From: a virus
DNA length: 13,074 nt
IMG/VR virus record: IMGVR_UViG_3300045988_024578
Location: 1 to 13,074 of that record
Reading direction: 5' to 3' (one strand)
A model generated the notes under the pieces. The model saw nothing but the letters and a program-made list of their open reading frames with translations. It was not told the DNA's origin and made no database searches. The translations under genes and the position numbers were made by a program. Numbering within the stretch: position 1 is the stretch's first letter; every line of letters starts with the position of its first letter. Positions 5,848-13,074 of this stretch are shown here, piece by piece.

Positions 5848-7122
5848 ATGCCCCTTGGCATGGATTTTGCGGACATTGCCGCCATTTTGACCGAGATCAA
5901 CAAACTGGCCACGGGCCAGACACCAACGTCGCCCATCGTGGATACGTCTAGTTTCGTTTCCGTGGCGCAGGCCACTTTGCTGACCGGCACCGACAACTAC
6001 ACCAAAGCGATCAGTCAGGTGCTAGGCAATACCATTTTTGCCGTACGGCCCTACGATGCCCCGCTCAAGCGCTTGCAGGTCACGGGCGACGACTGGTCCA
6101 ACCATGTGCGGAAGATCAATTTCTGCGACACGGACCCCGTCACAGACGAGGCGTGGGCGCTGGAGGACGGACAGAGTGTCGATATGTACGAAGTCCACAA
6201 ACCTAAAGTCCTTCAGACAAACTACTACGGCCAGACCAACTACAGCCGCGTGTACACCCAGGCAGACACCCAGATGGAAGCGGCCTTCAAGGGCCCCGAG
6301 GAACTGGCGCAGTTCTGGTCCTCGTTCGTGCTGCATCTGTCGAATCAGATCGAGGCCGACCGGCGCAACCTCGCAAACAACCTGATGGCCAACCATCTGA
6401 CCGGCATGACTGCGACCAGCCCGCACAGTGTTGTGTATCTGCTCGATGAGTACAACTCCCAGCAGGGCACCAGCCTGACGGTGAAGGACGCCTACAAAGA
6501 AGCGAATTTTCCTGGTTTTGCAAAATACGCCTATGGCCGAATCAACGATATCTCCCGCCTTATGAAGGAGCGGTCGACCAAATGGCATCAGAATTGGACT
6601 ATCGGCGGCACGACGTACAACATCATGCGCCACACTCCGTATGATCGTCAGCACCTCTATTTGTACAGCGGCACGCAGAGCCAGATCGACGCCCGCGTGA
6701 TTCCCGAGGTGTTCCATGACAACATGCTGAAATACCGCGATGCCGAGCAGGTCACGTTCTGGCAGGACCTCAAAAACCGTGAGACTATCTCCGCGACGCC
6801 TGTTATCACCGATAATACTGGAAAGGCATCCAAACATGACGCGGTGCAGCTGACCAATGTGTTCGGTTGTCTGTTGGACTGGGATGCCATCGGGTACACT
6901 CCGAAGCTGTCTCGTGTGGTCTCGACTCCCATGAACGCCCGCGGCCTGTATACAAACTTCTGGTATCACTACGGTTGGTCGTGGTACGATGACTTCACCG
7001 AGAACGCCGTTCTGTTCCTGATGACCGCCGGCGACGTCTCCGCGCCCAGCTCGGGCAAAGAGGCCAGAGCCTCCACCCTGAAAACTACCACTCATAAGGA
7101 CGCGGACCCATCTAAGTCCTGA
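5848..7122 (+). CDS. Major capsid protein (phi29 gp8-like, without the C-terminal Ig-like domain)
   Basis: ARGLYTNFWYHYGWSWYDDFTENAVLFL matches the recalled gp8 segment [28 protein letters not shown]. Size is 424 aa. It sits after the scaffold candidate and is followed by a strong terminator. Confidence 0.88.
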   Translation: MPLGMDFADIAAILTEINKLATGQTPTSPIVDTSSFVSVAQATLLTGTDNYTKAISQVLGNTIFAVRPYDAPLKRLQVTGDDWSNHVRKINFCDTDPVTDEAWALEDGQSVDMYEVHKPKVLQTNYYGQTNYSRVYTQADTQMEAAFKGPEELAQFWSSFVLHLSNQIEADRRNLANNLMANHLTGMTATSPHSVVYLLDEYNSQQGTSLTVKDAYKEANFPGFAKYAYGRINDISRLMKERSTKWHQNWTIGGTTYNIMRHTPYDRQHLYLYSGTQSQIDARVIPEVFHDNMLKYRDAEQVTFWQDLKNRETISATPVITDNTGKASKHDAVQLTNVFGCLLDWDAIGYTPKLSRVVSTPMNARGLYTNFWYHYGWSWYDDFTENAVLFLMTAGDVSAPSSGKEARASTLKTTTHKDADPSKS

Positions 7123-7127
7123 CCAGC

Positions 7128-7158
7128 ACCGGCGGGCATCTGCCCGCCGGTTATTTTT
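7128..7158 (+). terminator. Rho-independent terminator after the capsid gene
   Basis: ACCGGCGGGCA (7128-7138) and TGCCCGCCGGT (7141-7151) form a perfect 11-bp stem. TTATTTTT follows. Confidence 0.85.
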
Positions 7159-7172
7159 ATAGGAGGTGCAAA

Positions 7173-8588
7173 ATGCAAGCTACCTTTTATCAGTTTGCAA
7201 AGCGCACAAATAGCACAAAGCGGCCCAGCGGTGGGCAGGGGTTTGGAATTGACCTTAAAGCCCCTTGTAATATCATTGACCCGGAGATCAACATTGCAAC
7301 CCAGAGCGACCCCACCGGGTACAATTATTGCTACCTCCCCACATTCAGCCGGTATTACTGGGTGAAGAACTGGACATATTCGGACGGGCTTTGGAATGCG
7401 TCGCTGACTGTTGACACGCTTGCAAGCTATCGCGACCAGATCGGCAATTCCACTGAATACGTTGTGAGATCTTCCGCCAAATATGACCCTAAAATCGTAG
7501 ATAATTTGTATCCGACCAAAGCAACGATTAGCACGAGAACCATCTATACAAATTCTACACCGTTTACGGACGACCCGGAAAATGGTGGGCAAGGATTCTT
7601 CGTTGTGGTGGTCAATGCACCCGGGTATGTGTCTTTTGGCGGCGCCATTTATCTTGCAATGAGCGGGACCACATTTCAAAAGCTGATGGCGGCTCTTTTA
7701 CAAAATACGGATTACTTGAATATCAGTGCGGACGAAATCAGCAGCAACTTGACTAAAGCGTTGTTTAACCCTATTCAGTACATTTCAAAAGCGTTTTGGA
7801 TACCGTGTGGCAATGCCGCTATTGGTACTCCAATCACTGAAATTCCCGTCGGTTGGTGGAAACTGCAGAATATTGGGAATGCTTATGTCATAGCGAATAA
7901 TAATGACAAGCAGGTATTCACGTTTAGCATTTATACCCCTCATCATCCGCAGCACATTACAAGAGGAGTTTATACAGACGGGGCCCCCTATTCCGAGTAC
8001 ACGTTGTATTGTCCGCCCTTTGGGGAAATTAAATTAAATGCAAACTTGTTTGTACTGCAAAGTACATTGCATTGCCGCTTAACTGTTGACTACCGCACAG
8101 GCGACGCAATACTGGACTTGTCATTTAATAAAGATTTTAACACTATCTTTTTCTCCACGTCAAGCAACGTCTCGGTACCTGTACAGCTGGCACAGATCGC
8201 CACCAATGTAGATGAATTGGCAAGCCTTGGCGGACTAGTTCAAACCGCCGTTGGTGCCATTGCCGGCGGTATTGAATCCTTTTTTGGCGGGGGCGATATT
8301 GCCAACGGTATCGCCTCAGGTGCCCAGCAGATGACCGTTTCGAGTCAATCTAAAGGAGGAGGGGCCAGCGTCGCAAAATATGGCATCACGCCATATTTAA
8401 CAGGGGCTTTTTATGATCTTGTCGACGACAACAACGAGCACCACGGTCGGCCCCTGTGTCAGCGGGTGCAACTGTTCAGTATCCCGGGGTTTATCATGGT
8501 GGACGACCCTGACATTGCGCTGCCCGCAACAGCCGCCGAGATTGACAGCGTTAAAAGCTATATGAGAAATGGATTCTTTTTAGAGTAG
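7173..8588 (+). CDS. Tail knob / distal tail tube protein (phi29 gp9-like)
   Basis: The N-terminal YCYLPTFSRYYWVKNWTY...LTVDTLASY resembles the gp9 N-domain. A Gly-rich hydrophobic loop (GGLVQTAVGAIAGGIESFFGGGDIANGIASGAQ) resembles the gp9 membrane-active loop. The C-terminal HGRPL...IPGF...EIDSVKSYMRNGF resembles the gp9 C-terminus. Confidence 0.72.
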   Translation: MQATFYQFAKRTNSTKRPSGGQGFGIDLKAPCNIIDPEINIATQSDPTGYNYCYLPTFSRYYWVKNWTYSDGLWNASLTVDTLASYRDQIGNSTEYVVRSSAKYDPKIVDNLYPTKATISTRTIYTNSTPFTDDPENGGQGFFVVVVNAPGYVSFGGAIYLAMSGTTFQKLMAALLQNTDYLNISADEISSNLTKALFNPIQYISKAFWIPCGNAAIGTPITEIPVGWWKLQNIGNAYVIANNNDKQVFTFSIYTPHHPQHITRGVYTDGAPYSEYTLYCPPFGEIKLNANLFVLQSTLHCRLTVDYRTGDAILDLSFNKDFNTIFFSTSSNVSVPVQLAQIATNVDELASLGGLVQTAVGAIAGGIESFFGGGDIANGIASGAQQMTVSSQSKGGGASVAKYGITPYLTGAFYDLVDDNNEHHGRPLCQRVQLFSIPGFIMVDDPDIALPATAAEIDSVKSYMRNGFFLE

Positions 8589-8600
8589 GAGGCGTAAACA

Positions 8601-9140
8601 ATGGCAGTATATAAACAGTGCATTACTGATGTATCACCGATCAGAGTGACCGCCGGTTATCCTGCGTACTCTGACGGCAGCCCTCACCGGGGCATTGACA
8701 CCGTCCACGGAGACCATAAAGCCTACGCGCCCGAGGCGGGCACCGTGGTAGTGGCCCAGCATTGGAATGGCAGCACCTCGGGCGACCAGTCATGGGGCAA
8801 TATGATTAAAGTGCGAATGGCCGACGGCACGACATGGCGAGCCGCACACTTTGCCTCGCAGATTTGGAACGTGGGAGATACCATCACAAAGGGGCAGTTT
8901 ATCGGCACCCAGGGAGAGACCGGCAACGCAACGGGCATTCACACACACTGGGAATATGCCGATGCAGCCGGAAACCTGATGGACCCTGCCGGCATTATCA
9001 GGATCCCGAATCAGGTGGGCACTTGGGACGTCGAATGGGACTCCGGCGGAGGCCCTGGCCCGGGTCCCGGGCCGTGGCCTACTGGCAAATTGCCGGTATG
9101 GTTGCTGTTTAAGATGGCGAAGGGAGGTCGGCTGTTGTGA
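8601..9140 (+). CDS. Peptidase M23 (LytM-type peptidoglycan endopeptidase), probably virion-associated and/or lytic
   Basis: HxxxD (H29-RGI-D33) and HxH (H114-T-H116) zinc motifs, plus GETGNATG upstream of HTHWE. A C-terminal GGGPGPGPGP linker is followed by KLPVWLLFKMAKGGRLL. Confidence 0.85.
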   Translation: MAVYKQCITDVSPIRVTAGYPAYSDGSPHRGIDTVHGDHKAYAPEAGTVVVAQHWNGSTSGDQSWGNMIKVRMADGTTWRAAHFASQIWNVGDTITKGQFIGTQGETGNATGIHTHWEYADAAGNLMDPAGIIRIPNQVGTWDVEWDSGGGPGPGPGPWPTGKLPVWLLFKMAKGGRLL

Positions 9141-10078
9141 GTGCTCCCTACAGCTACGAACAGATTAACGCCCATGTGTCGCCGGTGACTCCCTCCGTGA
9201 TGCACACAAAAGGAAATAGCCTGTCCTATTATTTCCGCAAGTATCTATTTCTTGAGGCCGTGTCTATGGTACGATGGACGCTCCCCGACACGTGGCCCAG
9301 TAACCGCTTGCAGTATCTGGTCTTTGGCGCGGGCGGTGTTACGGTGTTTAAAACTGACCGTTATGGCATGGTATATGACAGAATGGGACTGACCGGCATT
9401 AACATTTTTTACAATCCCACACACTCCATTATTGCCAACCCTTTTATTAAAGGGTCCCATTATTTGCAAATCGGGAAACAATGCGAAATCATCAATTTAC
9501 AGCCCGATTACCGCGGGATGGTTGATATTGTGGCATATTACGGGGACCTGATGGCACTTGCCGCCCAGACCATCCAGAGCAATTTAATCAATAGCCGCCT
9601 TGCCTATGTGTTTGCCGCCGGCAACAAGGCCGGCGCAGAATCTTTTAAAAAGATGTTTGACCAGATCATGCAGGGCGACCCCGCGGTATTCGTTGATTCG
9701 TCTTTGCTCAAAGCACCCAAAAATGGGGCATCCGGGCAAGCCCCTTGGATGTATTTTGCAACCGACCTTAAAGGGAACTTCATCACAAACGAATTGCTTA
9801 CAGCCCTTAAAACCATTAAAGCGCTGTTCGATACGGAAGTTGGCATTCCGAACACAAATACCAGCAAGAAAGAACGGATGCTGACCGATGAAGTTAATTC
9901 TAACAACGTTGAAACAGCCGCTAAGGCGTCGCTCTGGTTGGACAACTTGCAGCGCGGTTGTGAGCGGGTGCACAAGCTGTTTGGAATTGACAAATCTACT
10001 TTGTGGGTAGATTGGCGTTTTCCGCCCAATACTGGCGCACAGGAGGTGAATAACGATGCAAGCAACCTTGAGCTTTAA
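9137..10078 (+). CDS. Portal / upper collar connector protein (phi29 gp10-like)
   Basis: GIPNTNTSKKERMLTDEVNSNNVETAAKASLWLDNLQRGCERVHKLFGI matches recalled gp10 [49 protein letters not shown]. Size is 313 aa versus 309 aa. GTG start 9 nt after GGGAGG, overlapping the upstream stop (GTGA). Confidence 0.9.
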   Translation: MSAPYSYEQINAHVSPVTPSVMHTKGNSLSYYFRKYLFLEAVSMVRWTLPDTWPSNRLQYLVFGAGGVTVFKTDRYGMVYDRMGLTGINIFYNPTHSIIANPFIKGSHYLQIGKQCEIINLQPDYRGMVDIVAYYGDLMALAAQTIQSNLINSRLAYVFAAGNKAGAESFKKMFDQIMQGDPAVFVDSSLLKAPKNGASGQAPWMYFATDLKGNFITNELLTALKTIKALFDTEVGIPNTNTSKKERMLTDEVNSNNVETAAKASLWLDNLQRGCERVHKLFGIDKSTLWVDWRFPPNTGAQEVNNDASNLEL

Positions 10079-10721
10079 CGGGTTATTGGCAGGTTATCCG
10101 GAACTGTTCGACGATTTAAAAGTTCCCGATAGTGTATCTAAAAATACTGTCTGCAATCAATTACTGTTTGATACACTGGAATTAGAAGTATTGTATGCGG
10201 ACGGCCCCACGATGCGCAGGGCACTGGGAGTCTATTCTGAAACCATGCTGCCGAGCTGGACCCGGTACGCTGAGGCCCTGGGCCTTGAATACGACGCTTT
10301 GGCGTCCGATGACCGAACCAGAACAACCGACCACTCAGGGACCGGCACCGGCACAAACGGCGTCAAGGGAACGACAACCAGAGTGCCGAACTTGACCACC
10401 ACTGGCCAGAATAACGGCAGTGACAGCACTACCCGGGATGTTACGGGTTTTGACAGCGGGACATTGCAAACCGCAGAGAGGAGCACTACGGCCCTCGGTA
10501 CTGGGAACACCATTACCAGCAGCGGTACGGATACGACCACAACCGATCAGACAACCACCTCGGAGTCGCACGACGGCTACAACGATACCGTGACCGAGAA
10601 GGGCCGAGCAGGGCGAGACCCTCAAGACCTCATCGAAAAAGAGTTGACCCTTGCAATGGAAAATGCAGTTCATAAAATCGTTATGGACATCCGGGCTAAC
10701 TTTTGCCTGCTGGTATATTAA
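10056..10721 (+). CDS. Lower collar / head-tail adaptor candidate (phi29 gp11-like position)
   Basis: It follows the portal with a 23-nt overlap, with AGGAGG at 10041-10046. It has a helical N-domain, then a divergent LEYDALASDDRT motif where collar proteins carry EYNP-x-NYDR-like motifs (from memory). A long T/S/G/N-rich beta-hairpin-like segment and a C-terminal helix follow. Confidence 0.55.
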   Translation: MQATLSFNGLLAGYPELFDDLKVPDSVSKNTVCNQLLFDTLELEVLYADGPTMRRALGVYSETMLPSWTRYAEALGLEYDALASDDRTRTTDHSGTGTGTNGVKGTTTRVPNLTTTGQNNGSDSTTRDVTGFDSGTLQTAERSTTALGTGNTITSSGTDTTTTDQTTTSESHDGYNDTVTEKGRAGRDPQDLIEKELTLAMENAVHKIVMDIRANFCLLVY

Positions 10722-10733
10722 GGAGATGCAATT

Positions 10734-12896
10734 ATGAGTGTCAATCCTATTCACAAAGCACCCTACACCAATTTCCATGACCTCAATCTTGATTGGATTA
10801 TTGAGGTTTTGAATGAGTTTAATACCAAACTGACGGATTTCGTCAGTTTGGCCACAATCAAGTACGCGGACCCCATCCAGTGGGACATCACTAGCCAGTA
10901 CGAGGCTAACACCGTTGTAGTGGATAGCAACGGCAACGCATATCTGTCAGTGCGGCCGGTGCCGTCCGGTGTTTCTCTGGACCGCTCAGAGTACTGGACC
11001 AAGATTGGTAATTTCGACGAGCTGTGGGCTGATGTGAAACGGGCCATTACTCCCCTCGACGAGGGCCACAGCCCCACCGCCACAGCCGATAGAGCTGTCA
11101 ACGATCTTGTCTGGGTCAATGGGGCGCTGGTGCGCGTCACAAAAGCAATGACCGCCGGTGACGCCTACGTGCCCGGCTCTAACTGCGTGAGCAGCTCCAC
11201 AAATGAAGTCTTGCATTACCTTATCACGGCATTTAATGATGGCCTGAGCGCCGAGCAGACGGCCCGGGAAGAGGCCGACACAAAGCTCCAGACGGCTATT
11301 GGAGCGGAGACAACGGCCCGGGAGAACGCCGACACGAAGCTCCAGACGGCTATTGACGCGGAGAAAACGGCCCGGGAGAACGCCGACAGCGACCTTCAGA
11401 CAGCCATCGACACTGAGAAACAGACCCGGGAGGATGCCGACAACCAGCTACAAAATAGCATCAATCAAATGCAGACATATGTGTCGGCACCGGGAGCAGG
11501 TATTAAAGCTAACGACCAGAGTGCAGCAGCACAAAATACATCGACGCTACAACAGCTGTTGGATGCCGGAGAAACAGTATATTTTCCAAGCGGAACGTAT
11601 TATATGTCGGCAGCCCTATATATGAAGAGAGGTTGCGGAATAATCGGCGAGAACATGCGTGACACCGCCCTTATATGGACTACCGCCAGCAATGGAATTA
11701 TTTACGACCTCGAGTACAAGGCCCCCAATACATACGATGACATTTATTTTACGATTCGTATCGAATCGATGGCGCTTTATGGAGTAGGGGCCCTCAACGG
11801 GGCAGGATCTGGCATTTATATCCGTAACAAAACATGGATGGTCACGGCAAACCAAAATCACGAAGAATATCGCAAGATCAAAGGCGATTCCTATGCGCTG
11901 GAGTGCCGCAATAGTGTTATCAGGGACATTATCGTCTCTGGGTGGTCCATTGGCATCAATTCGAGCTTATATATTGCATATGTATCCATTATCAACGCTT
12001 TTGTGGATACATGCGATTTGGGAATCGACGCAAAATTTTCTGATTCGGAATTATGTAATATTGTAGTGACTTTTTGCTATAATGGCGTTTTGTGCGAAAC
12101 CGAGGCAAACAAATGGTGTAACCTGGCGATTAAGATGAACGGATGGCGTGCATCTTATGATGCTACGCACACCATTACGGGCTCGATCGCTTTGCATTTG
12201 TATCACGCAAAACGTGAACTATTTTGCAACACTGAGGTACAGGAGAGCTACGCTAACGGAGTTGTTGTAGAACAATCAAGTAACAACATCGTGTTTTCTG
12301 GACTGCTGCTCGATGCAAATGGATTTAAAGTTCCTGTAGGAACAGAGGCGAATAATATTGGCGCACAAATATTGGGAGGTTGCTACAATATTCGGGGCAC
12401 GATCCTTGCTACAAACAAAAATGATACAAAATGTCAGCGCGTCGGCATTTATGTATCACACGATTGTGGCAATATTGATCTCCAATATGCCGAATATGAA
12501 CAACAGATCAGCGCATGGACCCTTGGACAGAATACTTGCCGCAGCATCACGACGGCAAGGATCAACAACATTACAAAGATTACAGCAACCAACTTTACAA
12601 ACATGGTTGATGCAAGTTTTGCGTCTTTTGATGGCAGGCATTTGCATATTGCAATTCACGGCTATTTCATCAATAATGTCCCTAAAGGCAGCACATTTTC
12701 AGTTGCGCCCGCGTTTGGTGATATACCTTTTGCAAGTCTCCCCGGTAACGTTTACAGAGATATTTATCTGTATAATTCCACTGACAACGAACTTGTTCCC
12801 GCATCCTATGATAACACTACCGCAAGTGTTATCATTCAAGCCCCTGTACCAACAGGTAAACAAATCAACTGTGAGATCACTTTTGATATGCTTTAA
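10734..12896 (+). CDS. Tailspike / pre-neck appendage-like receptor-binding depolymerase (pectate-lyase-type beta-helix)
   Basis: An N-terminal anchor (FHDLNLDWIIEVLNEF) is followed by a coiled-coil repeat stalk. GIKANDQSAAAQNTSTLQQLLDAGETVYFPSGTYY is typical of the Pectate_lyase_3-type beta-helix N-cap. It is the largest and last gene, analogous to phi29 gp12. Confidence 0.8.
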   Translation: MSVNPIHKAPYTNFHDLNLDWIIEVLNEFNTKLTDFVSLATIKYADPIQWDITSQYEANTVVVDSNGNAYLSVRPVPSGVSLDRSEYWTKIGNFDELWADVKRAITPLDEGHSPTATADRAVNDLVWVNGALVRVTKAMTAGDAYVPGSNCVSSSTNEVLHYLITAFNDGLSAEQTAREEADTKLQTAIGAETTARENADTKLQTAIDAEKTARENADSDLQTAIDTEKQTREDADNQLQNSINQMQTYVSAPGAGIKANDQSAAAQNTSTLQQLLDAGETVYFPSGTYYMSAALYMKRGCGIIGENMRDTALIWTTASNGIIYDLEYKAPNTYDDIYFTIRIESMALYGVGALNGAGSGIYIRNKTWMVTANQNHEEYRKIKGDSYALECRNSVIRDIIVSGWSIGINSSLYIAYVSIINAFVDTCDLGIDAKFSDSELCNIVVTFCYNGVLCETEANKWCNLAIKMNGWRASYDATHTITGSIALHLYHAKRELFCNTEVQESYANGVVVEQSSNNIVFSGLLLDANGFKVPVGTEANNIGAQILGGCYNIRGTILATNKNDTKCQRVGIYVSHDCGNIDLQYAEYEQQISAWTLGQNTCRSITTARINNITKITATNFTNMVDASFASFDGRHLHIAIHGYFINNVPKGSTFSVAPAFGDIPFASLPGNVYRDIYLYNSTDNELVPASYDNTTASVIIQAPVPTGKQINCEITFDML
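11259..11460 (+). repeat. About 3.5 tandem 54-nt (18-aa) repeats inside the tailspike gene
   Basis: Units start at 11259, 11313, 11367 and about 11424, each beginning AC(G)GCCCGGGA. They encode TAREEADTKLQTAIGAET / TARENADTKLQTAIDAEK / TARENADSDLQTAIDTEKQ / TREDADNQLQNSI. Confidence 0.9.
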
Positions 12897-12900
12897 TATC

Positions 12901-12919
12901 TAGGAATAGTTCCTATTTT
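12901..12919 (+). terminator. Weak rho-independent terminator after the tailspike gene
   Basis: TAGGAA (12901-12906), loop TAG, TTCCTA (12910-12915), then TTTT. The stem is short and AT-rich. Confidence 0.4.
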
Positions 12920-13006
12920 GTGCCCTCTCCCCTACCCTATGGGGCGGGGGTACTATATTTTGTGCCCTCTCCCCTACCCTATGGGGCGGGGGTACTATAT
13001 TTTGTG
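12914..13006. repeat. 42-bp direct tandem repeat, 2 identical copies plus a 9-nt partial third, spanning the right ITR boundary
   Basis: TATTTTGTGCCCTCTCCCCTACCCTATGGGGCGGGGGTACTA occurs at 12914-12955 and again at 12956-12997. TATTTTGTG occurs at 12998-13006. The left end (78-106) carries only one truncated copy. Confidence 0.92.
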
Positions 13007-13074
13007 TCTATTGACATTTTGCACAAAAAATAGGGGGTCGGGGAAGAAAATTTTGTGCAATCTGCTATTACGTG
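12969..13074. repeat. Right inverted terminal repeat (106 bp)
   Basis: Reverse complement is identical to 1-106. Confidence 0.95.

Larger units (their letters stand above)
1..13074 (+). other. Complete linear genome of a small protein-primed (phi29-like) podophage
   Basis: Perfect ITRs sit exactly at both window ends. A full replication, packaging and virion gene set lies between them on one strand. Confidence 0.85.

Noticed and set aside
6022-7095. Long minus-strand ORFs: 357 aa here, plus 2876-3541, 5475-5996, 7092-7679, 9604-10065 and 10335-10778.
   Set aside because: Each lies fully antisense to a + strand gene with clear homology motifs or a strong RBS. Their products are Arg/Gly/Ala/Val-rich low-complexity sequences typical of antisense frames in GC-richer coding DNA. 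None has a convincing RBS.
12914-13006. The 42-bp repeats as a possible CRISPR array.
   Set aside because: The copies are directly adjacent with no spacers, there are only about 2.2 of them, and they are part of the terminal repeat structure.
13011-13016. A perfect TTGACA -35 hexamer in the ITR (and its mirror at 59-64).
   Set aside because: It faces outward toward the genome end, and 17 nt downstream is GGGGTC, not a -10 box. There is nothing to transcribe.
12941-13045. G-tracts (GGGGCGGGGG twice, GGGGGTCGGGG) as potential G-quadruplexes on the 3'-terminal template strand.
   Set aside because: Tract pairs are separated by 32-40-nt loops, which disfavours stable G4. Hairpin pairing with the adjacent C-tracts is the simpler reading. 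This was noted only inside the ITR finding.

Overview
The window looks like a complete linear genome (13,074 bp) of a very small protein-primed, phi29-like (picovirus-type) podophage. Both window edges are a perfect 106-bp inverted terminal repeat. I call 16 coding regions, all on the + strand with tight or overlapping junctions and strong GGAGG-type ribosome-binding sites. In order they are four small early ORFans, one ending in a host-SSB-like acidic ...DLPF tip. Next come a candidate terminal protein, a family-B protein-primed DNA polymerase and a gp16-like packaging ATPase. A near-consensus promoter and a GC-rich structured leader follow. After that come a YvrJ-like small membrane protein, a small ORF and a PQPA-repeat scaffold candidate. 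The structural block is a gp8-like major capsid protein, a gp9-like tail knob, an M23 peptidase, a gp10-like portal, a lower-collar candidate and a beta-helix tailspike. Homology calls rest on motif matches to phi29 proteins recalled from memory, not on searches. I saw no integrase, repressor, tRNA, CRISPR array or canonical endolysin. The main points worth follow-up are the tiny genome size, the terminal architecture (a right-end-only 42-bp tandem duplication and no terminal nucleotide reiteration), the SSB-tip protein, the promoter-proximal structured RNA and the minimal lysis equipment. The host is probably a Gram-positive Firmicute; this is inferred from the RBS and promoter style, the YvrJ-like protein and the M23 peptidase.
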